From: an uncultured Actinomycetes bacterium
GTDB lineage: Bacteria; Actinomycetota; Acidimicrobiia; IMCC26256; DASPTH01
Direction of reading: 5' to 3'
DNA length: 64,000 bases
Assembly (NCBI GenBank): GCA_963809795.1
Contig: CAWELN010000005.1
Location: 23,772 to 87,771 of the forward strand
A program made the translations under genes and the position numbers. The notes beneath the pieces are model-generated. The model worked only from the letters and a program-made list of their open reading frames with translations, had not been told where the DNA came from and searched no databases. Shown piece by piece: positions 16,801 through 24,873 of this stretch. Position 1 is the first letter of the stretch, and every line of letters starts with the position of its first letter.

Positions 16801-17384
16801 TGGGCCTCGAGTTCGCCGACGACGTCCTCGGGGCGGCCCAACTCCAAGAGCGCGGCGGACCGTTCCTCGATCGCCCGGGCGCGCAGCTCAACCAGTCGAG
16901 CAACCTCCGCGGTGGCGAACTCCTCACTCGCGAACTCCGCGTAGGGGGACCCTCGCCACAGCCCGAGCGCCTCGTCGAACGCGCCGAGCGCTACCTCCGG
17001 GCGTTCAGACGCCCCGAGCCCGACCCGCACCAGCTCCTCGAAACGCAACGCGTCGACCTCGCCGCTCGCCACCCGCAGCCGATACCCCGGTGGGCGTGTC
17101 TCCAGGCGGTCGTCACCAAGCGTCTGGCGCAGCCGCGACACCAATCCCTGGAGCGTCTGCGTCGCACTCGGCGGCGGCCCGTCACCCCACAGAACGTCGA
17201 CGAGACGATCCCTCGAGACCACCTCGTTGGCGTGGACCACCAACGCCGCGAGCAAGCGGCGCTGCTGCCCGCTTCCCAGCCGAACCCGCTCGCCGTCGCG
17301 CACGACCTCCAACGGGCCCAGCACACACAGCGCCGTCGCCACCCGGTCCTCCACCGGCCCTCCAACCCCACCCACACTCAACAT
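13833..17384 (-). CDS. Multidomain regulator: SARP winged-helix + BTAD, class III adenylate/guanylate cyclase, NB-ARC/STAND P-loop ATPase, TPR-like C-terminus (1183 aa)
   Basis: wHTH/BTAD: VLGPLEVVRDG...LLAALVV...LVDVLWGD...PGYRL, EALGLWRGSPY. Cyclase: VSFLFTEVEGSTRLW, KNAGDGFHAVF, MGIHTGEAE, GGAVNRAERL. P-loop: LTGVGGVGKTRLAL, LLLVLDNCEH, GIPLAIELAA. Helical repeats run to the stop. Confidence 0.92.
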   Translation of the reverse strand: MLSVGGVGGPVEDRVATALCVLGPLEVVRDGERVRLGSGQQRRLLAALVVHANEVVSRDRLVDVLWGDGPPPSATQTLQGLVSRLRQTLGDDRLETRPPGYRLRVASGEVDALRFEELVRVGLGASERPEVALGAFDEALGLWRGSPYAEFASEEFATAEVARLVELRARAIEERSAALLELGRPEDVVGELEAQIAVEPFRERLRALLMLALARAGRPVESLRAYDEFRRRLTDEVGVVPSPGLQALNDDIVRQDPDVGWAGSPTKDPDSAHLPSGTVSFLFTEVEGSTRLWDESPDVMTYAMPRHDELLRDAVKSQGGFIVKNAGDGFHAVFATAHDAVTAAVAAQRSLLADDWNIAQTVRVRMGIHTGEAEVRDGDYSGGAVNRAERLMSVAHGGQIVVSAATEEVLHDALPEKYGFIDLGEHRLRDLGRTERLFQVAHPDLEREFAPLRTLDAFARNNLPRQATTFVGREAEIASLSELVCRSSLVTLTGVGGVGKTRLALQIAAEIIDEFPDGAWLCEFAPVTDPEAVWETVAACLRVLPLPGRALDESVLDYLAAKRLLLVLDNCEHLLDAVARQVDAIEHRCPDVSVLATSREGLGLAGERIVAVPPLGVPAGDADVDEVRRAEAVCLFWDRASTAKRDFALTDRNVGAVGVLCRRLDGIPLAIELAAARVRSLSPEDLVSRLDQRFKLLTHGSRAAPERHQTLRSTIDWSYDLLTPTERHAFDRLSVFAGGCDLGAAEAVLPDDDLDALDVVDVLGQLVDKSLVVTDDADGGVRYRLLETIRQYARERLDASGDPAVVRRRHADYYVALAEAAGLHLRGRDHLEWTNVVARDIDNFRAALDWAVETPSPEHALRLVAPLAVHGRIGELAMDWATTAIAIPGGDGHPLVPVVAAWAAWGATMGGDLERAADLVAAAERAQAALGIRLGYVARAQATLAFYRTDFEEARRHAEEWVELARASGDPGELAHALIMLGGALQITEPTLDAATAAVDEAVRVARAAGIDAALAIGLTIVATWLPYEESERALGLLDEAIEIGTRIGDRNGVSNAIHYKARIAMRHGDWPTALQGAVDAAEQTLELGDHGVASRSLYTAGVALCALGSCEPAAVLFGKSDAMAGRWGFDWSLEMLAATEVALLEVLGEQQVATLAARGAALDMADAVTYLRAEAGRALGAP

Positions 17385-17420
17385 GCCGCCGCGAGCCCGC
17401 CGCGAGCCCGCCGCGAGACC
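17385..17420. repeat. Three tandem 11-nt direct repeats (GCCGCGAGCCC x3) next to the annotated ATG of the SARP gene
   Basis: Read directly: GCC GCCGCGAGCCC GCCGCGAGCCC GCCGCGAGACC, located in the divergent intergenic region 17385..17540. Confidence 0.85.
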
Positions 17421-17540
17421 TCTCTCTCACTCTGTGGTCGAGGAAAACATCCTCCCACAGGCCGGTCTGGAAGGAGATCGGATCGTGGAAGCCGTAGGCC
17501 TGCAGGCGCCCACGGCCGTCGACAACCAAAGGAGGAAGTC

Positions 17541-18017
17541 ATGACCGAGCTGCAGTCACCGCAGCGAAGGAGTTTCACGGCGAAGACAATCTTCGGATTG
17601 CTCCTGGCCGTCGTCATGGTCGCAGCGTTCGCCACCGCAGGCTCTGCCACTCCCCGCAGCGGAGACCAACTTCACGTGACGAAGGAGTGCTCTCAGTACT
17701 CCGGTCTCTCCGGTGGGTTCTGCACGATCACCGGGTCGAACCTGAACGCGATCGACGCCGGTATGAAGGTCATCTACGCCTCAGCAGCCGATTTCAAAAC
17801 CATGACCTTGGACAGCAACCTCGTCCTCGATGGCCCAGGTAACAACAATGCCTACGGCCACGTCGTGCTGGACCTCAGCACGGGTCTCGGCATCCTCACG
17901 TTCACAGGCGGGACCGGCCGGTTCAGCGGGTTCCAGGCAAAGGTGAACGTCACGTGCGCCGCCACCTGTGCGTGGGACGGGTCGTACAGCTTCACCCCAC
18001 CCGGCCACGACAAATAA
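17541..18017 (+). CDS. Small secreted hypothetical protein (158 aa)
   Basis: GGAGGA lies 4 nt upstream of the ATG at 17541. Signal peptide IFGLLLAVVMVAAFATAGSA. The mature region contains 4 Cys. Confidence 0.7.
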   Translation: MTELQSPQRRSFTAKTIFGLLLAVVMVAAFATAGSATPRSGDQLHVTKECSQYSGLSGGFCTITGSNLNAIDAGMKVIYASAADFKTMTLDSNLVLDGPGNNNAYGHVVLDLSTGLGILTFTGGTGRFSGFQAKVNVTCAATCAWDGSYSFTPPGHDK

Positions 18018-18303
18018 GCCGAAGCGCAACCGTAATCACCGCCACAACCGACTTGGGACGGGTCCGCCCGTCCCAAGCCGCCTGGCTCAGCGTCCGCTCG
18101 AATGGCCGCAAGTTCCCGGCCGGCGACGAACACGAGTTCTCCAGCGGAGAACGCGTATTGGGGCGAGTTGCACGTGGTCCGACGCGAAGGCGCCCCGCGC
18201 TCGGCCTACTGCGGATGATCCCTTATCCACGGCCAGCTCGCCTCGAGCGCAACCTCCCACGAGGCGAGCGATTGAGCGTCGGCAGACGTTGTCACGCGCG
18301 TCG

Positions 18304-18720
18304 TCAGTACCGCGCGCTCCACCCGGATGGATTCTCGCCGCTCACTTGGGCGGCGGCGAGGTCACTGCCGGCTTGACCGCCGTTGACGCCCCAGCAGTCC
18401 GCGGGCACGTCGTAGTACGTGATCTTGGTGTTCATCGGATCGACGCCGACTTCGGCGAGCTTGTTCACCATCGCCTGGTAGATGTCTCGCTTGACGTCGA
18501 TCGAGCGCGGATAGCCGATCACCTCGATCAACACATACGAGACGAGGTCGTCCTTCTCGGGGAGCAAGATGTTGTCGGGTCCGAACTCGAACAGCCGGAC
18601 TTGGCGGTCCCACTCCGGAATCCCGGCGCCTTCGACGAGGCCCTGGTGGGCGGCCTCCAACAGCGCCCGCTTCTGTTCGGGCGTGCGACCGGCGGTGGCG
18701 TAGAGCTTGATGTGAGGCAT
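18304..18720 (-). CDS. Tautomerase-superfamily protein (Pro-1 type)
   Basis: Starts MPHIKLYATAGRTPEQKRALLEAAHQGL, i.e. Met-Pro then a beta-alpha-beta unit. Begins 4 nt downstream of the ADH stop. Confidence 0.65.
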   Translation of the reverse strand: MPHIKLYATAGRTPEQKRALLEAAHQGLVEGAGIPEWDRQVRLFEFGPDNILLPEKDDLVSYVLIEVIGYPRSIDVKRDIYQAMVNKLAEVGVDPMNTKITYYDVPADCWGVNGGQAGSDLAAAQVSGENPSGWSARY

Positions 18721-18724
18721 GTCG

Positions 18725-19798
18725 TCAGTCTCCAATCCGAAGGACGGTGCGAGCTTCGACCCGCCCGGCCACCATGTCGTCAAACGCAGCCGGGGCTTCG
18801 GCCAGCGGAAGAGTTCGGGTGACGAGCTCGTCGAGCTTGAGTCGTCCCGCGAGGTACAGCTCGGCGAGCAACGGGATGTCGCGATGTGGGCTCGAGGTTC
18901 CGTATCGGCAGGCGAGGATCGACTTGTCGTGATAGAGCCGTTCGAGCGGGATCTCTGCGTTGATCCCGGGACCCGGGAACCCGACGATCACAGCCTGTCC
19001 GCCTGCGTCGAGCAGCGATACGGCGAGCGCGACCAGCGGAGCGCTGCCGATGCACACGAAGGCGTGGTCGACGCCTGTCGGCTCGATCTCCCGGATGCGG
19101 TCGCCGACGCCATCGCCTCCGAGCACGAACTGTGTCGCGCCGAACGTCCTGCCGACCACCTCCTTGTCGGGATTGGTGTCGACCGCGATCACGACCGAGG
19201 CGCCCGCGATTGCTGACGCTTGCACGACGTTCAGCCCGACACCGCCGAGGCCGAGTACAACGACGCGATCACCGCGCGTGACGCGTGCGCGGTTGAAGAC
19301 CGCGCCGGCGCCAGTGAGGACGCCACACCCGAGCAGCGCGGCGCACTCGGGACGGATCGCCGGATCGATGGCGACGACCTGCTCCTCCGACACGATCGTG
19401 CGCTCAGTGAACACTGACGTGTTCGCAAACTGGTTGACGGGCTCGGTACCGATGACGAACGGCTGGCCGATCCCCCCGAGACCCCTGCGACACTGCGTCG
19501 GATACCCAGCGGCGCAGCGGTGGCACCGGCCGCAGAAGCGCAACGTATGGATCACGACGGTCTCACCAACAGCAACGGATCCCACGGCGTCGCCGACGTC
19601 GACGACGCGGCCGGTCCCTTCGTGCCCCAGGACGACCGGCAAGGGATAGGGCGTCGCTCCGGTGATGACCTTCAGGTCGCTGTGACAGACCCCGGCCGCC
19701 GTCATCTCCACGACGACTTCGTGGGGCGCCGGTCGACGCGCCAACTCGACGTCGTCGCGCCAGCACAGACCCGTTTCGTCGAAGACGATCGCTTCCAT
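18725..19798 (-). CDS. Zinc-dependent alcohol dehydrogenase (MDR family)
   Basis: GVCHSDL catalytic-zinc motif, structural-zinc Cys cluster CGRCHRCAAGYPTQC and a GLGGVG NAD(P) fingerprint. Confidence 0.9.
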   Translation of the reverse strand: MEAIVFDETGLCWRDDVELARRPAPHEVVVEMTAAGVCHSDLKVITGATPYPLPVVLGHEGTGRVVDVGDAVGSVAVGETVVIHTLRFCGRCHRCAAGYPTQCRRGLGGIGQPFVIGTEPVNQFANTSVFTERTIVSEEQVVAIDPAIRPECAALLGCGVLTGAGAVFNRARVTRGDRVVVLGLGGVGLNVVQASAIAGASVVIAVDTNPDKEVVGRTFGATQFVLGGDGVGDRIREIEPTGVDHAFVCIGSAPLVALAVSLLDAGGQAVIVGFPGPGINAEIPLERLYHDKSILACRYGTSSPHRDIPLLAELYLAGRLKLDELVTRTLPLAEAPAAFDDMVAGRVEARTVLRIGD

Positions 19799-19934
19799 GA
19801 CAGACCCTATTCACCGACGTAGGCGGGACATGAAGCGGTGTCGTACCCGAGCCGATCGGCCACATGCAACACCGACAGCACAGTGTCTCGCGACGCCTCC
19901 GGACCCGCCGCCGGGATCGCGACGCCGAACCTCA

Positions 19935-20249
19935 TCAGGTCGCGGGCTGCAGGAAGATGATCGGTCCCGGCACGAGGCAATCGTTCGTGGGCAGGCTCCC
20001 ATCGGTGAACGCGGTCACCAACGCGTCGAGGATGTCGTTGAAGTCGTCAGCTTCGACGTCGTAGATGGCGAGGTACTTGCCGGGCGTGTCAGCGGCGGGC
20101 GACTCGGCAACCTTGAAGCGGGTGCAGCCGATGATGCCGTCGATCTTCAACACGTCAGGAACGTGCACCCTGTCGTACCACGCGTTGAACTCCGCGTCGC
20201 GCTCCGGGCTGATCGAGTCCGTGTAGACCAGCATCTTTCCCTTCGGCAT
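19935..20249 (-). CDS. Dimeric alpha/beta-barrel protein (EthD/DUF4286-like)
   Basis: 104 aa, MPKGKMLVYTDSISPERDAEFNAWYDRVHVPDVL. First gene of the ADH/tautomerase operon. Confidence 0.5.
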   Translation of the reverse strand: MPKGKMLVYTDSISPERDAEFNAWYDRVHVPDVLKIDGIIGCTRFKVAESPAADTPGKYLAIYDVEADDFNDILDALVTAFTDGSLPTNDCLVPGPIIFLQPAT

Positions 20250-20884
20250 ATGCGTTTCCTTACGTTGACGCGCACGGGCGTGCGCTTTGAACCGGTGGTC
20301 ACCTGGTCGAGGGACGCAGCACCAGGAACTGCTCGACGCGCACATAGAAAGCAGAACCAAAGTTCAGTGCCACGTCGATTGGGAGGATCGAATGGACGTT
20401 AAGCATCAGCGTTGGCTCGCGCGCAGCATTGACGACGGGATGGCGACGTACGCGACTAGGGAGACGCGTGCGAGAGACGAGTCGAACGGTCGAAGGACCT
20501 GGTCGGTATCAAGACGGGCCTTCGTGACAGGTCCGGCTCGTGCTACGCGGGTACGCATGGGTCACTGTGTCGCGCAGGTGTTGACTGGCGGGTTCCAGGC
20601 GCGAGGGTTCAGACGTTAAGGTCTGGTATCGGAGAACTGACGACTGAGAAAATCGCGGCAAAATAAGGAGGAACGACTACGAGGGGAAGGGCAAATGCCC
20701 TGATAGGGGATCGCGTGCAGGCGTTGCGGGCGTGCTCGTAGGTGTGAAGCCCCGAGTCTCAAGCGACTCGGACCCTCACGGGGAGCGGAGGCCCCGCTCC
20801 TTCATCGCATCAGCTCTGCACTCGATGCCGCGACTCTCGGGGCGCTGGTAGCGGGCCCGCGGCCGCGGGACGCCCGGCGGGTAG

Positions 20885-20929
20885 GCCGGGTGCCTGGGTC
20901 AGCGGTGGTGCTGCACCCAGGCACCCGGC
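20885..20929 (-). terminator. Perfect 15-bp hairpin 14 nt downstream of the stop at 20943
   Basis: GCCGGGTGCCTGGGT (15-nt loop) ACCCAGGCACCCGGC. There is no U-tract, so this is a terminator or RNA-stabilising hairpin only by position. Confidence 0.45.
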
Positions 20930-20942
20930 AGTTTGTTGCTGT

Positions 20943-21713
20943 TTAGGGGCAGGCCGTCGGCTTGGAGATGGTGAACTGGGTGCCGTTCACGTCGGACTGA
21001 TGACCAGTGACGTTGGCGGAGAAAAAGAAGTTCGTGATCCCGCCATCGGGGGTGTACGCGCAGCTCGTGTCCCAGCCCGCGGGGTTGGTCACCCAGGCGG
21101 AGAACTGGTACTCGACGTTGGGGTCGAGGTCGGCCATCTGCACCACACCTTGGTTGTCGGTCCAGTTGTGGAGCTGTACCACGCCGTTGGCGTCCATCCC
21201 GACGAACACGCAGCTGCTGGCCGTGCACGCCATCACGCCGCCCCCGGTCCCGGCGGGGAACGCGGTCCCCGTCTCACCATTGAGCACCGTGGCCGTCCCG
21301 GTGCAGTTCGGCCGCGTCACGACGAAGGTCGCTGGGCGCGCAAAGGTCCGTCCAAGCCCGTTGCTCGTCGGTCCGAACCACCACAGCTTGTCGTTCAACG
21401 GGTAGCCACCACAGCCCCAGCCGGTGTTGGTGGCAAAGCCGAAGACGCGGTATTCGATGTTCGGATTGACGAAGAAGGGATTGACGTTGCCGTTCTGATC
21501 CGTCGTTGCCGCCTGGCACGGGTCCGTTCCGGCGCAGTAGACGACGCCGGCTTCTCCGGGGAACGGGTGCCCGTCACCGTCGAGCACTTTCAGGTTGTTC
21601 AGTTTGACTTGGGCTTGAGGTGGCGCGGCGGGTTTCGCCCCCGCCGGAACACTTGTCAACATGAACGTGGCCGCGCCGATCACGACGAGCGGCGCGAACC
21701 AGCCTCGCTTCAT
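20943..21713 (-). CDS. Secreted Cys-rich hypothetical protein with internal duplication
   Basis: The ATG at 21713 gives MKRGWFAPLVVIGAATFMLTSVPAGA. Two related modules: NPNIEYRVFGFATNTGWGCG and DPNVEYQFSAWVTNPAGWDTSC. Confidence 0.7.
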   Translation of the reverse strand: MKRGWFAPLVVIGAATFMLTSVPAGAKPAAPPQAQVKLNNLKVLDGDGHPFPGEAGVVYCAGTDPCQAATTDQNGNVNPFFVNPNIEYRVFGFATNTGWGCGGYPLNDKLWWFGPTSNGLGRTFARPATFVVTRPNCTGTATVLNGETGTAFPAGTGGGVMACTASSCVFVGMDANGVVQLHNWTDNQGVVQMADLDPNVEYQFSAWVTNPAGWDTSCAYTPDGGITNFFFSANVTGHQSDVNGTQFTISKPTACP

Positions 21714-22761
21714 TCGAAACACAGAGCCCTCCCAGGTCCTGCCAGCGACGAATCGCCCGTGTATGCGTTCCGTCCTCAGCGAACGCCGCGGGAGCATGAC
21801 ACGCACGAAACGCACGTGCACTACCAATTGCGACACTTTCACCTAACCATGAGGCATTAGGACAGTGTCCAACCCGCCATGGCAGTGCCAGAAGCCGAGC
21901 AGTCAAGCGTCTGCTCGGCACAGGAGAACGGAACGATCCAGCCCCGCCGCACGGCGATCTGGCGCGGGGCATGACTAGGCGCCGAGGTCGTTCGAGGCAG
22001 GTATCTTCGGCTCAGCGGGTGAACGGCGAGCGCGGGCAGAGGCGGCAACCCGACAGTGGTCAGGCGGGTGGCCGTGGCGGGCGAGCCGGAACCAAAACTG
22101 GTTGGGCAGCGTTAATCCGATGACCCGTCGCCGCCGAAGGCTCGCCCGTAGGCGCGTCGCGCTTGGCGAAGGCGGTGGACGCGCCCCGCAGGTCGAAGCT
22201 TGCAGTGGGCGAGCAGCAACCACGGACTTTGCCGTCCGTACCTCTTCGCTCATCTCGTCGACACGAAGGAGACATCGTTCTTATGCGCAGGGCCGCCCCT
22301 CAAACGATGTTCTACGGATCCCCCGCGGGACTGCGACGGTGAGCAGCATTTGGGACACCTACCACGGCGGAGCAGTGGGTGGCGTCGTGTCAGTGCTGTT
22401 TACATTGGACCGCCGCCTGTTCTTCAAGCACGACGACGGCACGATCCGTATTGCGCTCGATTGGGAACGCGACGAGGTATTCCTGCAGATGCTCTCCTGG
22501 CGCGATTCGGCTGCGATGCAATGAGCAAACGCGAGAGGGCCCCGACCGAAGCCGGGGTCCGTCACGTTGCTCGCCTGTTACAGCTGACGCTACCCGTGCG
22601 CCGCCCTCATGGCCTCGCCGACGAGTTGCTCCCACACAGATCGGCTGCGGTCATGGCGCGCAGTCGTGCACCCTTGATCCTGCGTTAGGGGGCGGGACGA
22701 CGACGGACGGTCACGCCATAGCGCGCCGTACGATGGCTTTCCGTCGACGGTTGGATGCTGG

Positions 22762-23075
22762 CTATCGATAGTCGATCTCGAGCGCGGTCATGCGGAGTTC
22801 GAGCTCGTCGATCCATTGTCGGGGTGTGCCACCTCCTGGGAGCGCGATCCCGGCTTCGGTTCGCCAGAGGGCGTCGCCGAGCACGGTGCGGATGTGCCAG
22901 CCGATTACGCGGTCGATCGCGACGGAGCGCTCGGCGATCGGTTCGTACGCGTCCACGGTCGCTAGGAACAGATCGAGCGTGGGGGCTTGCGCAGAAACGC
23001 GTCACTGAGCCGGCGTTCGGGGATGCTGCGAAGGACATTCTTGGCGTGGTCGCGGTGGGCGCGTTCATGTCGGGT
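22762..23075 (-). pseudogene. Frameshifted hypothetical gene
   Basis: One frame gives ...ARTRHERAHRDHAKNVLRSIPERRLSDAFLRKPP. A second gives TLDLFLATVDAYEPIAERSVAIDRVIGWHIRTVLGDALWRTEAGIALPGGGTPRQWIDELELRMTALEIDYR*. They join near 22970. Confidence 0.35.
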
Positions 23076-23082
23076 GCGGGCT

Positions 23083-23998
23083 TCAGTCGGGGAGGCCCGC
23101 TCTTCCGGTGAGGACCCAGGGTGTTGCATCTCGCGTGAGAGCGCCGAGACGTTCGTTGAAACGCTCGATGTCGGAGTCTGTGAGCAACGACGCCCACTCT
23201 CGGTATCCGCCGGACCGGAAGAAGGTGTGAGGGTCGCGCCACAACGCGGACATGCGCGTCTGGTGCGGTGTCGGCAGCTCGGTCTCTCATCGAGTCGAGT
23301 GTCGCCCCTTCCACGAACTCGGGCCAGCGTACCTCGTCGACAGTGATGTCGAGCGCGTTGGCGACCAGCCGCATCTCGCCGGCCAGGTTCTCCCACAGGT
23401 CCGTGTAGTGGAAGAGGTGAACGTTCGGCGCGTTCCGCGCGTCCCAGTAAGTGGTCGCTTGTTGACAGAAGTCGGCGAGTCCGTTCGGACCGCTCCCCGT
23501 AGGAGGCACATCGTTGTCGATAAACCAGCGCAGGTAGTCAACGACGTCGAGCGGCTCCGGTTCGCGCCTAAGCGAAGGATCGGGTGCGCCGGCGGCTGCG
23601 GCTCGGAGTTCGAGGGCGCGCCGCTGGTCCATGTTCGAGCGGTGGTCGCGATCGGAGAGCGCGACATCGAGTGGGTGGCGGATCACCGCGATGTAGGTGA
23701 CGGTGGGATGCAGAGGAAGCCCGTCAAGCGGCGTGTGGGTCTTGATCCAGCGACGATGCGGTTGCGCATCAAGCAGGCCGAAGACCTCGTCGTCCGTGCG
23801 GATGAGCATGTCCAGCCACGGTGACAGGGTGCTGATGGGTACGCCGAGCACCGGGCGATCCAAGACGAGGGATCCGACGATGTTCTGCATCCACGTCGTG
23901 CCGCACTTCGATGGTGTCGAAATGACGATGTCGTCGTCCCGGAACCGGAATCGCTCCCAGCGGGCACTATCAGCGAAGAAGCCGTGATACCGGGGCAC
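23083..23998 (-). pseudogene. Sulfotransferase, one apparent frameshift near 23245-23265
   Basis: The 5'-PSB loop TPSKCGTTWMQNIV and about 245 good aa come first. The listed ORF then turns Arg-rich. The -1 frame continues MSALWRDPHTFFRSGGYREWASLLTDSDIERFNERLGALTRDATPWVLTGRAGLPD* (stop 23083..23085). Confidence 0.75.
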
Positions 23999-24091
23999 AC
24001 GCCGACGCTAGGGCCACCGCAACGGCCCACGCCGACCAGATGTCTCTCCGGACCGGCGGTGTGGGGCAGTCGCGATGCGTACGCTGGCCTG

Positions 24092-24859
24092 ATGACGGAT
24101 CGCGAGTTCGGCATCGTGTGCGAGATCGAGCCGGCAACCCGTCCTGATCTCATGCGCGTGCGACACCAGATCGGGGTGTTGAGCCGGGCCGCATCGTCGT
24201 TCTTGATCCCGGACAACCACATCGGGCGAGCGACCGTATCGAGCATCGCGGTCGCACACGAAGTCGCGCTGATGGGCGGCCGATCGATCGCGTGTCTCAA
24301 CGCCAGAGACCGCAACATGCTCGGTTTCCGCCGTGATCTCCTGACGGCGGCTGCGTACGGAGTCGACGAGTTCCTCTTCGTGTACGGCGATCGACCTGAG
24401 ACGGGAAGTCGATCCGACGACCTCACTGTCCGGTCGATGCTCGACGAAGCGAAGCGCTTCGCGAGTCGCGAGCAAGGTCTTGCGGGACTGCGCGTCGGCG
24501 TGACCTCACGGCTCACTGCGCTTCCATCCTGGAAGCGCAGTGCCGACTTTCTCTTCGTTCAGGTCAGCTGGTCGGTGCCCGCCCTCCTCGAGTGGCGGTC
24601 CGACGTGGCCTTCGACGGGCCGGTGTTCGCCGGTGTCTTGGTGCCGAGCTCCGCGACGATGGCCCGCAAGCTCTCGGCCGATACCCCCGAGTTGACCGTT
24701 CCCGAGCACCTCATCCATGCCTTGGACGAAAACCCGGACGCAGGAGTCGACTTCGCGTGCCAGATGCTGCACGAGATCCGCGCTTCAGGCGCGTTCGACG
24801 GAGTGCATCTCATCCCCGTCTCCCGGTACCGCCAGATCGCAGCTCGCCTCGAGACCTAG
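24092..24859 (+). CDS. Methylenetetrahydrofolate reductase family protein
   Basis: MTDREFGIVCEIEPATRPDL...FLIPDNHIGRATVSSIAVAHEV...LNARDRN...VDEFLFVYGD resembles MetF/MTHFR TIM-barrel proteins. Confidence 0.8.
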   Translation: MTDREFGIVCEIEPATRPDLMRVRHQIGVLSRAASSFLIPDNHIGRATVSSIAVAHEVALMGGRSIACLNARDRNMLGFRRDLLTAAAYGVDEFLFVYGDRPETGSRSDDLTVRSMLDEAKRFASREQGLAGLRVGVTSRLTALPSWKRSADFLFVQVSWSVPALLEWRSDVAFDGPVFAGVLVPSSATMARKLSADTPELTVPEHLIHALDENPDAGVDFACQMLHEIRASGAFDGVHLIPVSRYRQIAARLET

Positions 24860-24873
24860 GAAGATTGACCCAG

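Noticed and set aside
20250-20942. tmRNA, RNase P RNA, 6S/6C RNA, TPP or cobalamin riboswitch in the long intergenic region
   Set aside because: I could not find the diagnostic conserved strings: a tag-ORF with tRNA-like ends, GAGGAAAGTCCGGGC, an ACCUGAU-type TPP core, or C-rich 6C loops. A lone CTGAGA is insufficient. It is kept only as an unclassified structured-RNA candidate.
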